From: Octopus sinensis
Lineage: Eukaryota
Direction: 5' to 3'
Assembly (NCBI RefSeq): GCF_006345805.1
Contig: NC_043001.1
Coordinates: 19,220,001-19,284,000, forward strand
Length of the DNA stretch: 64,000 bases
A program made the position numbers and the translations under genes. Under the pieces are notes generated by a model that was not told the DNA's origin, made no database searches, and saw only the letters and a list, made by a program, of their open reading frames with translations. Positions 24,390-37,085 of this stretch are shown here, in pieces; the stretch's first letter is position 1, and each line of letters begins with the position of its first letter.

Positions 24390-25275
24390 GTTTTTAGATA
24401 TTAAAAATGTGAGATTTCTTCCCAGAAGACGGAGGAAATTGATTCCAACGTCAGATGAGACGAGCACCGATCTTCAGGAAAGAAATCTTATATTTGAAAT
24501 GTTGGCAGAAGGGAGATTAAAGATAGATTCCGACGATGAAATCTATTACAATTATTTTGGACCAGCAGCTAAGTTTACGTTGACATCATCTATAGACAGT
24601 GTTACGCCCTCTTCTTTGATGGGGCAGTATGAATTCTTTGTACGCCATCTCATAAGAACTGTTACCCCTCTGAGAATCTTGCTCCTATGTGTAGTGGCCT
24701 TTGTCTCTGGGACAATCTTGCATTATGAGCACGAATTCTTTGAATTTCATGTTGTCAGAAGTACCGAGACATTGAGGCCAATCTTATTTGATTATCTCTT
24801 TCTCAATTGATTTCCAGTCTGCTTTATAAAGATTGAAATTGGATAGTTTTTAGGTACTCCCCATAAGCCGATCGTCTTCGGATTTTTTTGGTTTATACTT
24901 GGTCAGCACTATTACATTTCATCCGGGACTAGCGTCGGTGTAACTTTCACGTTATGGACGAAATCCATATTGTTTGTGAAACAGAGATCAAGTCTACTAT
25001 CTGCCTGGTTGGTTAGAGTATTACTTGCTCTATGTTGGCGAGGCTGAGCAGGGATTTCCACCTGATTTTGAGTACATTGTGTCATTTCTGAGAGGAAAAG
25101 TTCCTCAGGTCATCATACGTTGGACAGGCTGAAGTCTCCCATAAGAAGTACACTGTTGTGTTGTTCTAGATTAGTTAAGATTTCTATTCTTCCAATACAG
25201 TCTTCGAATAGGTCCGTATGATTTGGAGCATCTAGTGGACGATAAGTGCTACATATAACGATATCGAGTTGTCAG
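24390..25275 (-). mobile_element. CR1/Jockey-type LINE APE endonuclease remnant (paralog ~59190-60060)
   Basis: CSTYRPL, VLLMGDFS, DSRLDLCFTNN and NFNLYKADWKSI motifs on the minus strand. Confidence 0.75.
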
Positions 25276-25282
25276 ACAGACA

Positions 25283-25333
<51 letters not shown>

Positions 25334-25667
25334 GCATACATATACATATATGTAAACGCACATATATATATACTTATATATATGTATCCACTTTCTTTTC
25401 TTTCCTTTCCTGAGCGTCCAATAACACTGTACTAATTCCACGTCCTCGCGTTGTTGTTTTTCCTTGCTTGTTCATGTTTGGATTGACTTAGCCGTCACTA
25501 GGCGGTTCGGCAAAAGAGAACGATATAATAAGTACTGGGCTTACAAAGAATAAGTCCCGGGGTCGAATTGCTCGATTAAAGGCGGTGCTGCAGCATGGCC
25601 GCAGTCAAATGACTGAAACAAGTAAAGGAGTTAAAAGAGTATCATATATGCATATACATATATATAA

Positions 25668-25718
<51 letters not shown>

Positions 25719-26026
25719 CATATATATATATGTATGTGTATAAGTGTGTGTGTGTGTGTATGTGTGTGTGTGTGTGTTGTGTGTGTGTGTGTGTGTGTTG
25801 TGTGTGTGTGTGTGTGTGTTTGTGTGTGTGTGTGACAACTCGATATCGTTATATTTCGAAGACTGCCTTGCAGGAATAGAAATCTTAACCAAACTAGAAC
25901 AATATAGGGAGAGTTCACGAAATAAACAAAAGACGGAGACAGGTGGTGTACAAAACAAACAGATATATTGGTATAATGCTCAGGAATTGAAAAAAAAGTC
26001 TTTTACGTTTTGAGCCTACGCTCTTC

Positions 26027-26098
<72 letters not shown>

Positions 26099-26099
26099 C

Positions 26100-26260
26100 G
26101 AAGTAGTGCCTGTGTGGTAAGTAGCTTGCTTACGAACCAAATGGTTCCGGGTACAGTCACACTGCTTGGCACCTTAGGTAAGTGTCTTCTACTATAGCCT
26201 TGGGCCGACCAAAGCCTTGTGAGTGGATTTGGTAGACGGAAACTGACAGAAGCCCGTCGC

Positions 26261-26295
<35 letters not shown>

Positions 26296-26548
26296 TGTAT
26301 GTATATATGTATGTTTGTATGTATGCGTGTATGTATGTGTGTGTGTCTATGATTGTGTGTCTGTGTGTGTCCCCCTAACATCGCTTGACAACCGATGCTG
26401 GTGTGTTTACGTTCCTGTAACTTAGCGATAGAATAAGTACTAGGTTTACAAAGAATAAGTCCTGGGATTGATTTGCTCAACTAAAGGCGATGCTCCAGCA
26501 TGGCCACATTCAAATGACTGAAACAAGTAAAAGAGTAACAGAGAGTAA

Positions 26549-26550
<2 letters not shown>
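26100..26550 (+). mobile_element. Full-length SINE family A (paralog 60525-61015)
   Basis: Head, internal (TATG)n tract and tail ending (AAAGAGT)n. Confidence 0.85.
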
Positions 26551-26597
<47 letters not shown>

Positions 26598-26601
<4 letters not shown>

Positions 26602-27243
26602 AAAAAAGGTTTGAAAATGCAATTTAAACGATGTTTATTTACTTAACCGGTTTCACTCTTTGGAAAAAGATTGTCAAAAGTAACATTAAAAGTATCATTG
26701 AATAATATGGGTTCAAAAATTTTTTTTACATAATTGTCACATTGAATATTATGCATTCAAAAAAGTTTTTTACATAATTGTAACATTGGATATTATGAAT
26801 TCAAAAATGTTTTTTTATACAAAATTGTCACATTACATGTATAAATATAGTGTTTGGTAACAGAGAAGTTCAATAGTATGATGAGAATATTTGGAAAAAT
26901 TGGCAGAAAAGGATAAAACAAATATATTATTGGAAATTTGGTTGCGTTAATTATTGGTTGTCGCAAATTGTCACATTACATGTATATATATATACAGCCT
27001 TTGGTATATATATACAATCTTTTGACAGCAAAAATTAAAATGGATTTTTTATACATCTCAGAATATTTTAAGTTGAAGGCGAGAATGTGTTGTTACTAAC
27101 CTGTTTGTTTTAGCAGAAAGGTTGAATTGAGAGAAAAAAGGTTGTACCCAGTGTGGTGTATACTCCCCTTCAAGCATCAATGGTTTTGGGGTTATCAGGA
27201 GGTTAGTATGCCTGCTGGTCAAGCAGCGTCTGTTTGTCACACA

Positions 27244-27277
<34 letters not shown>

Positions 27278-27463
27278 ACACACACACACACACACATAGT
27301 ATACAAACACACACCACATACACACAACACACACACACACACAGAACACACACACACACACAACGCACCCACATATATAATATATACACACAACACACAA
27401 ATATAACATGTATTTATATATAATATACACACACATATATATATATAACACACATAGACACAC

Positions 27464-27509
<46 letters not shown>

Positions 27510-28062
27510 TCCATACATAATATAAATATCACACAAATACACCTAGCATATATATACACATACAATATACAAATACAGCATGTATATAATACACATACAC
27601 AATATATGCATGCAATATACGTACGCAATACATACATATAATATATATATATATACAATGCATATACATATATACATGTATACATATAAATAGTGTTTAC
27701 ATACACATACATAGATATACCACATATACACACAATATACATACATACAATGCATACACATACACGTACGCATACATATAATATATATAAACACACACAC
27801 ACATAACATACATACACAATGCATACATATATATACACGCAATGCATATACATGTATTCATGCACATATGGCACACCTACAATATACATATATACAATGC
27901 ACACATACACACACATATATACACTTAATTGTACACATACATATACAATACACATACATACAATATACATATACACAATGCGCATGCAAATAATGCACAT
28001 GTTTATACACGCATAAACATGCAAATAAATATACACACACACATATACATACACATATATAT

Positions 28063-28103
<41 letters not shown>

Positions 28104-29483
28104 CATACATACATGCACATACATATATTTTTTCACACACATACACATACATATATATATAAAAAATTCACACACACACCCACACACACAAATTACAAAC
28201 CTATAGCGTACACACTCAAATATATCTCTACATACCGCACACACACACAAACAATGTACTCACATATACATACATACCATGCATATACACACACAACACT
28301 CACATATATATATATATATAAAAACAAATACACATGTAAATACATACACACGTATACAATGCTCACACACACACACACACACATACACACACACACGCAC
28401 ACAGTGCACACACACACACATATATATACACACGTGCACACACACACACACACAACGCGCGCACACACACACACATACACACACACGCACACAGTGCACA
28501 CACACACACACATATATATACACACGCGCATACACACACACAATGTGCACACACACACACACACACAACACTCACACACATACATAACCTACATATATAT
28601 AATGCATGCGTGTGTATTCCACGTATGTGTGCGGTCAATGCCCGCTAGTGTGTCCTATGCGTGCCGATGCGTGCATGTGCCCGCCCGCACGATATGCTGT
28701 GAGTGTGCGCGTGTCCCTGTGTGCTTGCTCTGGATGTTAGAGTATGTTTAGTTGTGGTCTGTATTTTTGAATAAGATTACTTTCCTTATTTATTCGTATT
28801 TGGTCTGTGGTGTTGTCCGAGCATTGGTATAGTGGGAAGACTAAGAATTTGGGGGACTTATTGTGTGCACAAAGGTCTAAGTGTCCACTTAGTGGTATCT
28901 GTCTTGTGGAGGGGTCCCTCAGTTGTTGTCGGTGAACTGTCATTCTTTCTCTGAGGGTAAGGCTCGTTTGCCCTATGTAGTCTTCGTGGTATCCTTCACA
29001 CCTTATGACGTAGAGTAAATTTTTTGATGCGCACGTGAAATTATTTTTTATGATGAATGTGTGTCCCGAGTGGAACTTGTACGACGATCCCTCAATGAGG
29101 TGGATGCAGGTCTTGCAGTTGGGGCGCCCACATTTTTTGATGGTGGGCGGTGGGTTTGTGTTGTGTAATTTTGCGTTGGTGAGGAGGTTTTTTAGGGATT
29201 TAGGTTGTCTCTTACTTTTTATTATTTTATGAGCTGCCAGTATTTTTTTCAGGCGTGGGTCTTGATTTAGTTGTGGAATGTTGTTGTATATAATAGTGTA
29301 AGCTTCTGCATTCCTTGGGTTGTGTGTTGAGAGATAGGGGAGGCTATTTACTGTACTGTGGATGTGTGTGTGCACGTGTGTATATATGTGTGTGTGTGTG
29401 TGCACTGTGTGCGTGTGTGTGTGTATGTGTGTGTGTGTGTGTGTGAGCATTGTATACGTGTGTATGTATTTACATGTGTATTT

Positions 29484-29528
<45 letters not shown>

Positions 29529-31203
29529 AGTGTTGTGTGTGTATATGCATGGTATGTATGTATATGTGAGTACATTGTTTGTGTGTGTGTGCGGTATGTA
29601 GAGATATATTTGAGTGTGTACGCTATAGGTTTGTAATTTGTGTGTGTGGGTGTGTGTGTGAATTTTTTATATATATATGTATGTGTATATGTGTGAAAAA
29701 ATATATGTATGTGCATGTATGTATGTATGTATATGTATATATATATATATATGTATGTATATATATATGTGTATGTATATGTGTGTGTGTGTATATTTAT
29801 TTGCATGTTTATGCGTGTATAAACATGTGCATTATTTGCATGCGCATTGTGTATATGTATATTGTATGTATGTGTATTGTATATGTATGTGTACAATTAA
29901 GTGTATATATGTGTGTGTATGTGTGCATTGTATATATGTATATTGTAGGTGTGCCATATGTGCATGAATACATGTATATGCATTGCGTGTATATATATGT
30001 ATGCATTGTGTATGTATGTTATGTGTGTGTGTGTTTATATATATTATATGTATGCGTACGTGTATGTGTATGCATTGTATGTATGTATATTGTGTGTATA
30101 TGTGGTATATCTATGTATGTGTATGTAAACACTATTTATATGTATACATGTATATATGTATATGCATTGTCTATATATATATATATTATATGTATGTATT
30201 GCGTATGTATATTGCATGCATATATTGTGTATGTGTATTATATACATGCTGTATTTGTATATTGTATGTGTATATATATGCTAGGTGTATTTGTGTGATA
30301 TTTATATTATGTATGGATGTGTGCGTGTGTTGTGTGTGTGTGTGTGTGTGTGTGTTGTGTGTCTATGTGTTATATATATATGTGTGTGTATATTATATAT
30401 AAATACATGTTATATTTGTGTGTTGTGTGTATATATTATATATGTGGGTGCGTTGTGTGTGTGTGTGTTCTGTGTGTGTGTGTGTGTTGTGTGTATGTGG
30501 TGTGTGTTTGTATACTATGTGTGTGTGTGTGTTGTTGTGTGTGTGTGTGTATATGTGTGTGACAAACAGACGCTGCTTGACCAGCAGGCATACTAACCTC
30601 CTGATAACCCCAAAACCATTGATGCTTGAAGGGGAGTATACACCACACTGGGTACAACCTTTTTTCTCTCAATTCAACCTTTCTGCTAAAACAAACAGGT
30701 TAGTAACAACACATTCTCGCCTTCAACTTAAAATATTCTGAGATGTATAAAAAATCCATTTTAATTTTTGCTGTCAAAAGATTGTATATATATACCAAAG
30801 GCTGTATATATATACATGTAATGTGACAATTTGCGACAACCAATAATGAACGCAACCAAATTTCCAATAATATATTTGTTTTATCCTTTTCTGCCAATTT
30901 TTCCAAATATTCTCATCACACTATTGAACTTCTCTGTTACCAAACACTATATTTATACATGTAATGTGACAATTTTGTATAAAAAAACATTTTTGAATTC
31001 ATAATATCCAATGTAACAATTATGTAAAAAAACTTTTTTGAATGCATAATATTCAATGTGACAATTATGTAAAAAAATTTTTTGAACCCATATTATTCAA
31101 TGATACTTTTAATGTTACTTTTGACAATCTTTTACCAAAGAGTGAAACCGGTTAAGTAAATAAACATCGTTAAAATTACATTTTCAAACCTTTTTTCTTA
31201 TAT
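26598..31203 (-). mobile_element. 5'-truncated Penelope (GIY-YIG, 28737-29360) inside ~1.85-kb inverted repeats
   Basis: KKCGRPNCKTC..KNLLYVIRC..YIGQT..RERMTVHR. Arm 26598-~28445 is the reverse complement of ~29362-31203. Confidence 0.9.
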
Positions 31204-31233
31204 AATCCCACTCGTGCGATACCCCCAACTCAA

Positions 31234-31289
<56 letters not shown>

Positions 31290-31299
<10 letters not shown>

Positions 31300-31675
31300 T
31301 AATCCAAACAAGAGAGCACAAAAACACAACAACGCGAGGACGTGGAACAAATGTAGAATTATTGGGCGCTCAGAAAAGAAGGAAAGAAGGAGGGTTTAAC
31401 GTTTCGAGCGGAGCTCTTCGTCGGAAACATAGGTGAAGGAAAGATCCAGAGAAGGGAAGACAGAGGAAACAAAATCGCCGCGGTCAAATTTCGTTGGCGA
31501 TTTTCTTTCTGTCTTCCCATCTTTGGACTTTTTCTATATAATTCTGATGAAGAGCTCCGCTCGAAACGTGAAATCCACTTTCTTTTCTTTCCTTTCCTGG
31601 GCGTCCAATAACACTGTACTGATTCCACGTCCTCACGTTGTTGTTTTTTCTTGCTTGTTCATGTTTGGTTTGACT
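31290..31675. repeat. Head-to-head pair of short hammerhead-bearing repeats (related copies at 2071-2290, 2715-2925, 25385-25490)
   Basis: CTGATGA-AGAGCTCCGCTC-GAAACGT at 31544-31569 (+) and a CCGACGA variant at ~31394-31428 (-). Confidence 0.7.
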
Positions 31676-31804
31676 TAGCCGTACAACTTAAAATAAGTTG
31701 AATAAAATCAAGATAAGCAACAGGACATCCGGGGGTGATGCAGTATAACCACTTCAAACGGTCGCACTGCATCACTTCTGAATATCCTGTTGCTTATTTT
31801 CATC

Positions 31805-31857
<53 letters not shown>

Positions 31858-31870
<13 letters not shown>

Positions 31871-32213
31871 TTAGAGACAAAACCACTATTATGCAAATCA
31901 AACGAAGAAAGACTTAATCCAATACATAAAATTTTTTATATAAATTAAATAAAATTAAGTTATCCACTACAATTGTTTCTTGTCACTTCTAAGGACATTC
32001 ATCAGGTGGTTTCAAGACCTTCTATTCAATTTTAAATTGAAATTGAATAGAAGGTCTTGAAACCACTTGATGAATGTCCTTAGAAGTGACAAGAAACAAT
32101 TGTATTGGATAACTTAATTTTATTTAATTTATATAAAAAATTTTATGTATTGGATTAAGTCTTTCTTTGTTTGATTTGCATAATAGTGGTTTTGTCTCTA
32201 ATTAATATTATAT
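31858..32213. repeat. Near-perfect ~355-bp palindrome with a hammerhead in each arm
   Basis: Centre ~32035. The minus arm (31963-32010) reads CCAC-CTGATGA-ATGTC..GACAA-GAAAC-AATT-GTA-GTGG; the plus arm (32062-32109) carries C3U and a stem I change. Confidence 0.88.
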
Positions 32214-32291
32214 AATATTTTACTATAAAATTGGATTCAATCCTAAATCTGATTTTTCCCTGTAAATTTGGATTTATTCACTAATATTTAT

Positions 32292-32330
<39 letters not shown>

Positions 32331-32334
<4 letters not shown>

Positions 32335-32763
32335 ACTTATAAACAAGGGCAAAAGAAAAAAGTTCTAATGCCAAATATGCCGAAAATAGACAAATTGTAA
32401 ATAACCATATAATTTAACACTATAAACACGCATCTCGAAGTAAGCCGACAGAAATTTCTAAAAAATTCCGTTATTATCGTATCGGTCCCAATTTCAGAGT
32501 TAATTCATAAGAATTTTATCCTTGTCAGCGATAAATACGTAAGACATAAATGAAATACTTACTCATACCCATGGAAGAAGCAAGCGCTAAGTCATGAGCA
32601 GACCTAAGTACCCCAAATATATCCAAAATAGAAAATCTCTGTCGGCTTACTTCCAGATGCGTGTTTATAGTATTAAATTATATAGTTATTGACAATATGT
32701 CTATTTTCGGCATATTTGGCGTTAGAAGTTTTTTTTTTATTTTGCCCGTATTTATAAATTTAA
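32331..32763. mobile_element. MITE with ~130-bp TIRs (paralog 63597->64000)
   Basis: 32331-32460 is the reverse complement of ~32630-32763. Confidence 0.85.
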
Positions 32764-32824
32764 CTTTTAAAGGTATTTGTTAATATGCTGGTCATTGATA
32801 AAAAATTTTTCGATAAATTTTATC

Positions 32825-32945
<121 letters not shown>

Positions 32946-32967
32946 TATATATATATATGTGTGTATA

Positions 32968-33290
32968 TATCTATATATATAAAACTGAGAATGTGTGTCT
33001 GTCTGTCTATCTGTATGAATCCCTAAAATTTGAGAACTACACAACCAATTGCATTCAAATTTTACACATGCCTTACTTAGGGTCCATGCCTTCTTGCCTA
33101 GGGCGAGCCCACAGAAATATCATATCCTCTCCACTATTTCAGTATTACGTGTTAAAAGTGAAACAAAAACATCTCTCTAGTGTAATGTCAGATACTTTCA
33201 CTTTAATAAAGAAACTATTAAATTCAAATTATTATATAAGAGGGATGAACCATTAACAGTGAACATCCATTTTGCTAGAAGAAGATCCGC
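32968..33290 (-). mobile_element. Helitron-like non-autonomous element
   Basis: Begins ATCTATATATATAAAACTGAGAATGTGTGTCTGTC, the reverse complement of a HINE-type terminus. Confidence 0.45.
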
Positions 33291-33659
33291 TATGGTCTTA
33301 TATGCTACACCACTGGTTTTCAAATCATATTAATCAAATTAATATTCAATTTCTCACCCTTATTATTTTAAATTTAAATTTAAACCCAGGACCATGTGTT
33401 TTGGAACGAAGTTTGTTACCACACAGCTACACCTGCACCTATGTATGTGTGTGTATGTGTGTATAGCTGTATATGTATACACTTATTTCTATATATATAG
33501 ATGTATATGTATACATGTATATGTACAGATGTATATATATGTATATATATATATAGAGAGAGATGTACATGTAATATGTACACATATATATTCACATATA
33601 TACATGCATACATATATACACTCATACACACACACATACACACACACACACATACATAG

Positions 33660-33985
33660 GTGCAGGTGTGGCTGTGTGGCAACAAACTTCGTTCCATAAC
33701 ACATGGTCCTGGGTTCAGTCCCACTGTGTGGTGACTTGGCATGTGTCTTCTGCTATAGCCTCAGACCAACCAAATGTTTGTCAGTGGATTTTGTAGACAG
33801 AAACTGAAAGAAATCAATCGTATATATATGTATGTATATATATAAGTCTGTGTGTGTGTCTTTGTGTTTGTCCCTCATCACTGCCTCACAACAGGTGTAC
33901 GTTTACTTACATCCCCATAACTTACTGGTGTCACGAGAAGAAACTGATAGAATAAGTGCCAGGCTTATCAAAATAAAAAAACACT
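33660..33985 (+). mobile_element. SINE family A, diverged
   Basis: Head and body recognisable. Confidence 0.7.
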
Positions 33986-34054
33986 AGGCAGTATCTCATA
34001 TTTTGTTTGCCCACACAATTTATCTTTGTGTGTGTGTGTGTATACATACACACA

Positions 34055-34173
<119 letters not shown>

Positions 34174-34304
34174 ATTTCGTAGACAGAAACTTAAAGAAAT
34201 CAATCGTATATATGTATATATATATATATAGATAGATAAGAAAGTTGGTTTGTGAAAGAACGTGGTTGAATATATAGAAAATAGTAAAAAGTGAAAAAAC
34301 GAAC

Positions 34305-34377
34305 AATAGTTATGAAGCAGTGATGAGGGTGAAACACAGAAACAAAGTCACACACATACACTTAAATATATACATAC

Positions 34378-34433
<56 letters not shown>

Positions 34434-36955
34434 TAGTAAAAAGTGAAAAAACTACAGAAGGCTTAAAGGTTAAAAAATATATATATTTGCGTCAATATGT
34501 CTGAAGAATATTAAAAAAAATTTTTCTTACAATGACATAATTTAGAAGAAAGACCTGTTTCGCGTTTAGCTTTTCAAATTTCTTACGACGTTAGGTTTAT
34601 GTTGAATAGAGTTATCGTTATGTTTATGTTTCAAAGAGTTCTAAATAAGGGGAGGTAATGAGTGATTTCTTGCGGTGTAAGGGAGATAATCGCTTAAAAT
34701 TTTTTTCCTTTCCCTTGGTGTGAATTTCTCTGTATCAGTATGTTGGCATGGTTAAGTCTGGGCTTGTACTTTTCAATGAAGAATGTTTCCTCGTTTAGTC
34801 TAATTTGTGTTGATGATCCGATAGCACATTGGTAAAATGGAAAGATTAAAAATTGTGGTAGTAGTTGCTTTGCGCATTTCTCAATGTGCTCACTAAAAGG
34901 TATCATTCTGTATTCTGGGAATGCAATCTGTTGTCGATGCAGTGTGCATCTACGTGTGAGTGATAGTCCCGTGGATCCCACGTAGTCTTGGTGGCAGCCT
35001 GAGCATTTTATGACATAAATTATGTTTTCAGAGGCACAAGTAAAGTTAGATTTGATCTTGAATTTCTGTCCCTCTTTAAAGAGGAATTCTGATCCTTCTA
35101 GCAGGTTTGGACATGTTGCACAGTTCGATCTACCACATTTTTTTACTTTTGCATCCGTAATTTCAGAAAACAATTTTGCCTTTGTGAGAATCTTTTTAAG
35201 TGATTTAGGTTGTTTGTAGCTTTTAATGATTTGGTGTATGTTTAGAATTTCCTTTAATTTGGGGTCCTTATGAAATTCTGGGTGATGATGGTGAAGGCTT
35301 CTTTGTTTCTGGGGTTGTATGTAGATATGTAAGGTAGTATTTTCGGGGAAGGTGTGTTGTTGTGTTGAACTTTTCTTAAAGTTTCTATGTTGATTTCTGT
35401 TGCACGTCTGATCCCATCCTCTATGAGTTGAGCTGGGTAATGTCTGTCAATTAGGGTGTTTTTGAGTTCTTGCAGTCTAAAGTTCCTGGTATTTTGTTCT
35501 GACACTATTGTGCATATCCTTCTTGCAAGGTTGAAGGGGATGTTTGTTTTAGTGTGTCTTGGGTGGCATGAATTAAAAAGAAGGTATTGTTTGGCGTCTG
35601 TGGCTTTGTAAAAAATGTCTGTTTCTATTTTAAGGTTAATTTTTTAATTAGTATATCCAAGAACGGGAGCTCCTTTTGGTTGTATTCCATTGTGAACTGT
35701 ATATTTGGGTTTATGCTGTTCAATAGGTTTTTAAATTTTAGGAGTTTATCTGTGTTTTCATTCCAGAGTATAAAACAATCGTCTAAGAATCGTTTCCAAT
35801 TATCTTTTATGTATTGAGAAAGGGGGTTTCCAAAGATTGATAAAGATTCCTGGTAAATGATTATTTCCATGTAGCCCATTGTTAGGTTCGCAATGACTGG
35901 TGCTGCCCTTGTACCCATAGCAATTCCGGATTTTTGACGGTAAAATGTATTGTCAAACATGAAGTGGTTATTATGTAGGATGAATTCAATTGATTTAGTA
36001 ATGAATTCTTTACTGATCCTTTTTGGTATTTCTTCCGGAAATTGGTCCAGCCAGAACTGTATTGCCTCTAGTCCATAATTATGAGGTATACTGGTATATA
36101 AGTTAACTACATCAAATAAAACCAGGAATGTTTCTTCTTTGGCTTTTTTTGGAAGGTGGTTTAACATATCTAAGTCATCTCTGATATGGCTATCGATATG
36201 TTTAAGGAAGGGTTTCAGGAGGATGTCCATAAATAGACTTAGTCTGTGTGTTTCACAGGTTGGGCCAGCTACAATGGGTCGTAGTTTTAGGTCCCCCGGG
36301 TTAGGTGTGTGTATGTATGTCTTTGGTGATTTTTTAATGGTTTCATTTATAATTTGGCTTTTATGAATTTTTGGCAGACCATAGAAAAGGCTAGGTTTGC
36401 ATTTAAAGTTTGTTAGAAAGTCAATCTCTTTGGTTGTTAGTTCCTTTTCATGGGTTTTAATTAGTGAAGATGGAGTTTTCATTATTTTTTGTAGGGTGTA
36501 ATTGGCATTGAGAAATGCGCAAAGCAACTACTACCACAATTTTTAATCTTTCCATTTTACCAATGTGCTATCGGATCATCAACACAAATTAGACTAAACA
36601 AGGAAACATTCTCATTGAAAAGTACAAGCCCAGACTTAACCATGACAACATACTGATACAGAGAAATTCACACCAAGGGAAAGGAAAAAAATTTAAGCGA
36701 TTATCTGCCTTACACCGGAATAAATCACTCATTACCTCCCCTTATTTAGAACTCTTTGAAACATAAACATAACGATAACTCTATTCAACATAAACCTAAC
36801 GTCGTAAGAAATTTGAAAAGCTAAACGCGAAACCGGTCTTTCTAAACTATGTCATTGTAAGAAAAAATTTTTTTAATATTCTTCAGACATATTGACGCAA
36901 ATATATATATTTTTTAACCTTTAAGCCTTCTGTAGTTTTTTCACTTTTTACTATT

Positions 36956-37013
<58 letters not shown>

Positions 37014-37085
37014 ATATTTAAGTGTATGTGTGTGACTTTGTTTCTGTGTTTCACCCTCATCACTGCTTCATAACTATTGTTCGTT
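34305..37085 (-). mobile_element. Penelope element (RT 35625-36505, EN 34694-35173) with an inverted pLTR at its truncated 5' end
   Basis: FYGLPKIHK, LRPIVAG, FDVVNLYTSIP, GIAMGTRAAP, WKRFLDDCF and IIYVIKC..YVGST motifs. 36506-37085 is the reverse complement of ~34305-34886. Confidence 0.92.

Larger units (their letters stand above)
6593..32763 (+). repeat. Segmental tandem duplication, copy A
   Basis: Colinear with 38507->64000. Anchors: 6640/38546, 8400/39340, 13030/48180, 15430/50712, 22261/54247, 24400/59210, 26100/60525, 32331/63597. Confidence 0.95.

Noticed and set aside
24388-24810. 140-aa plus-strand ORF conserved in both copies (59226-59597)
   Set aside because: It is antisense to a LINE APE endonuclease remnant whose motifs are on the minus strand; conservation reflects the recent duplication.
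27058-30741. Many long V/C/Y/I or H/T/Y/I ORFs
   Set aside because: These are translations of CA/TA/TATG microsatellites.
36795-36845. Hammerhead in the pLTR of the 34694-36505 Penelope (GAAACCGGTC)
   Set aside because: The upstream core reads CTAACGT in both copies and stem I does not pair; at most a decayed relic.
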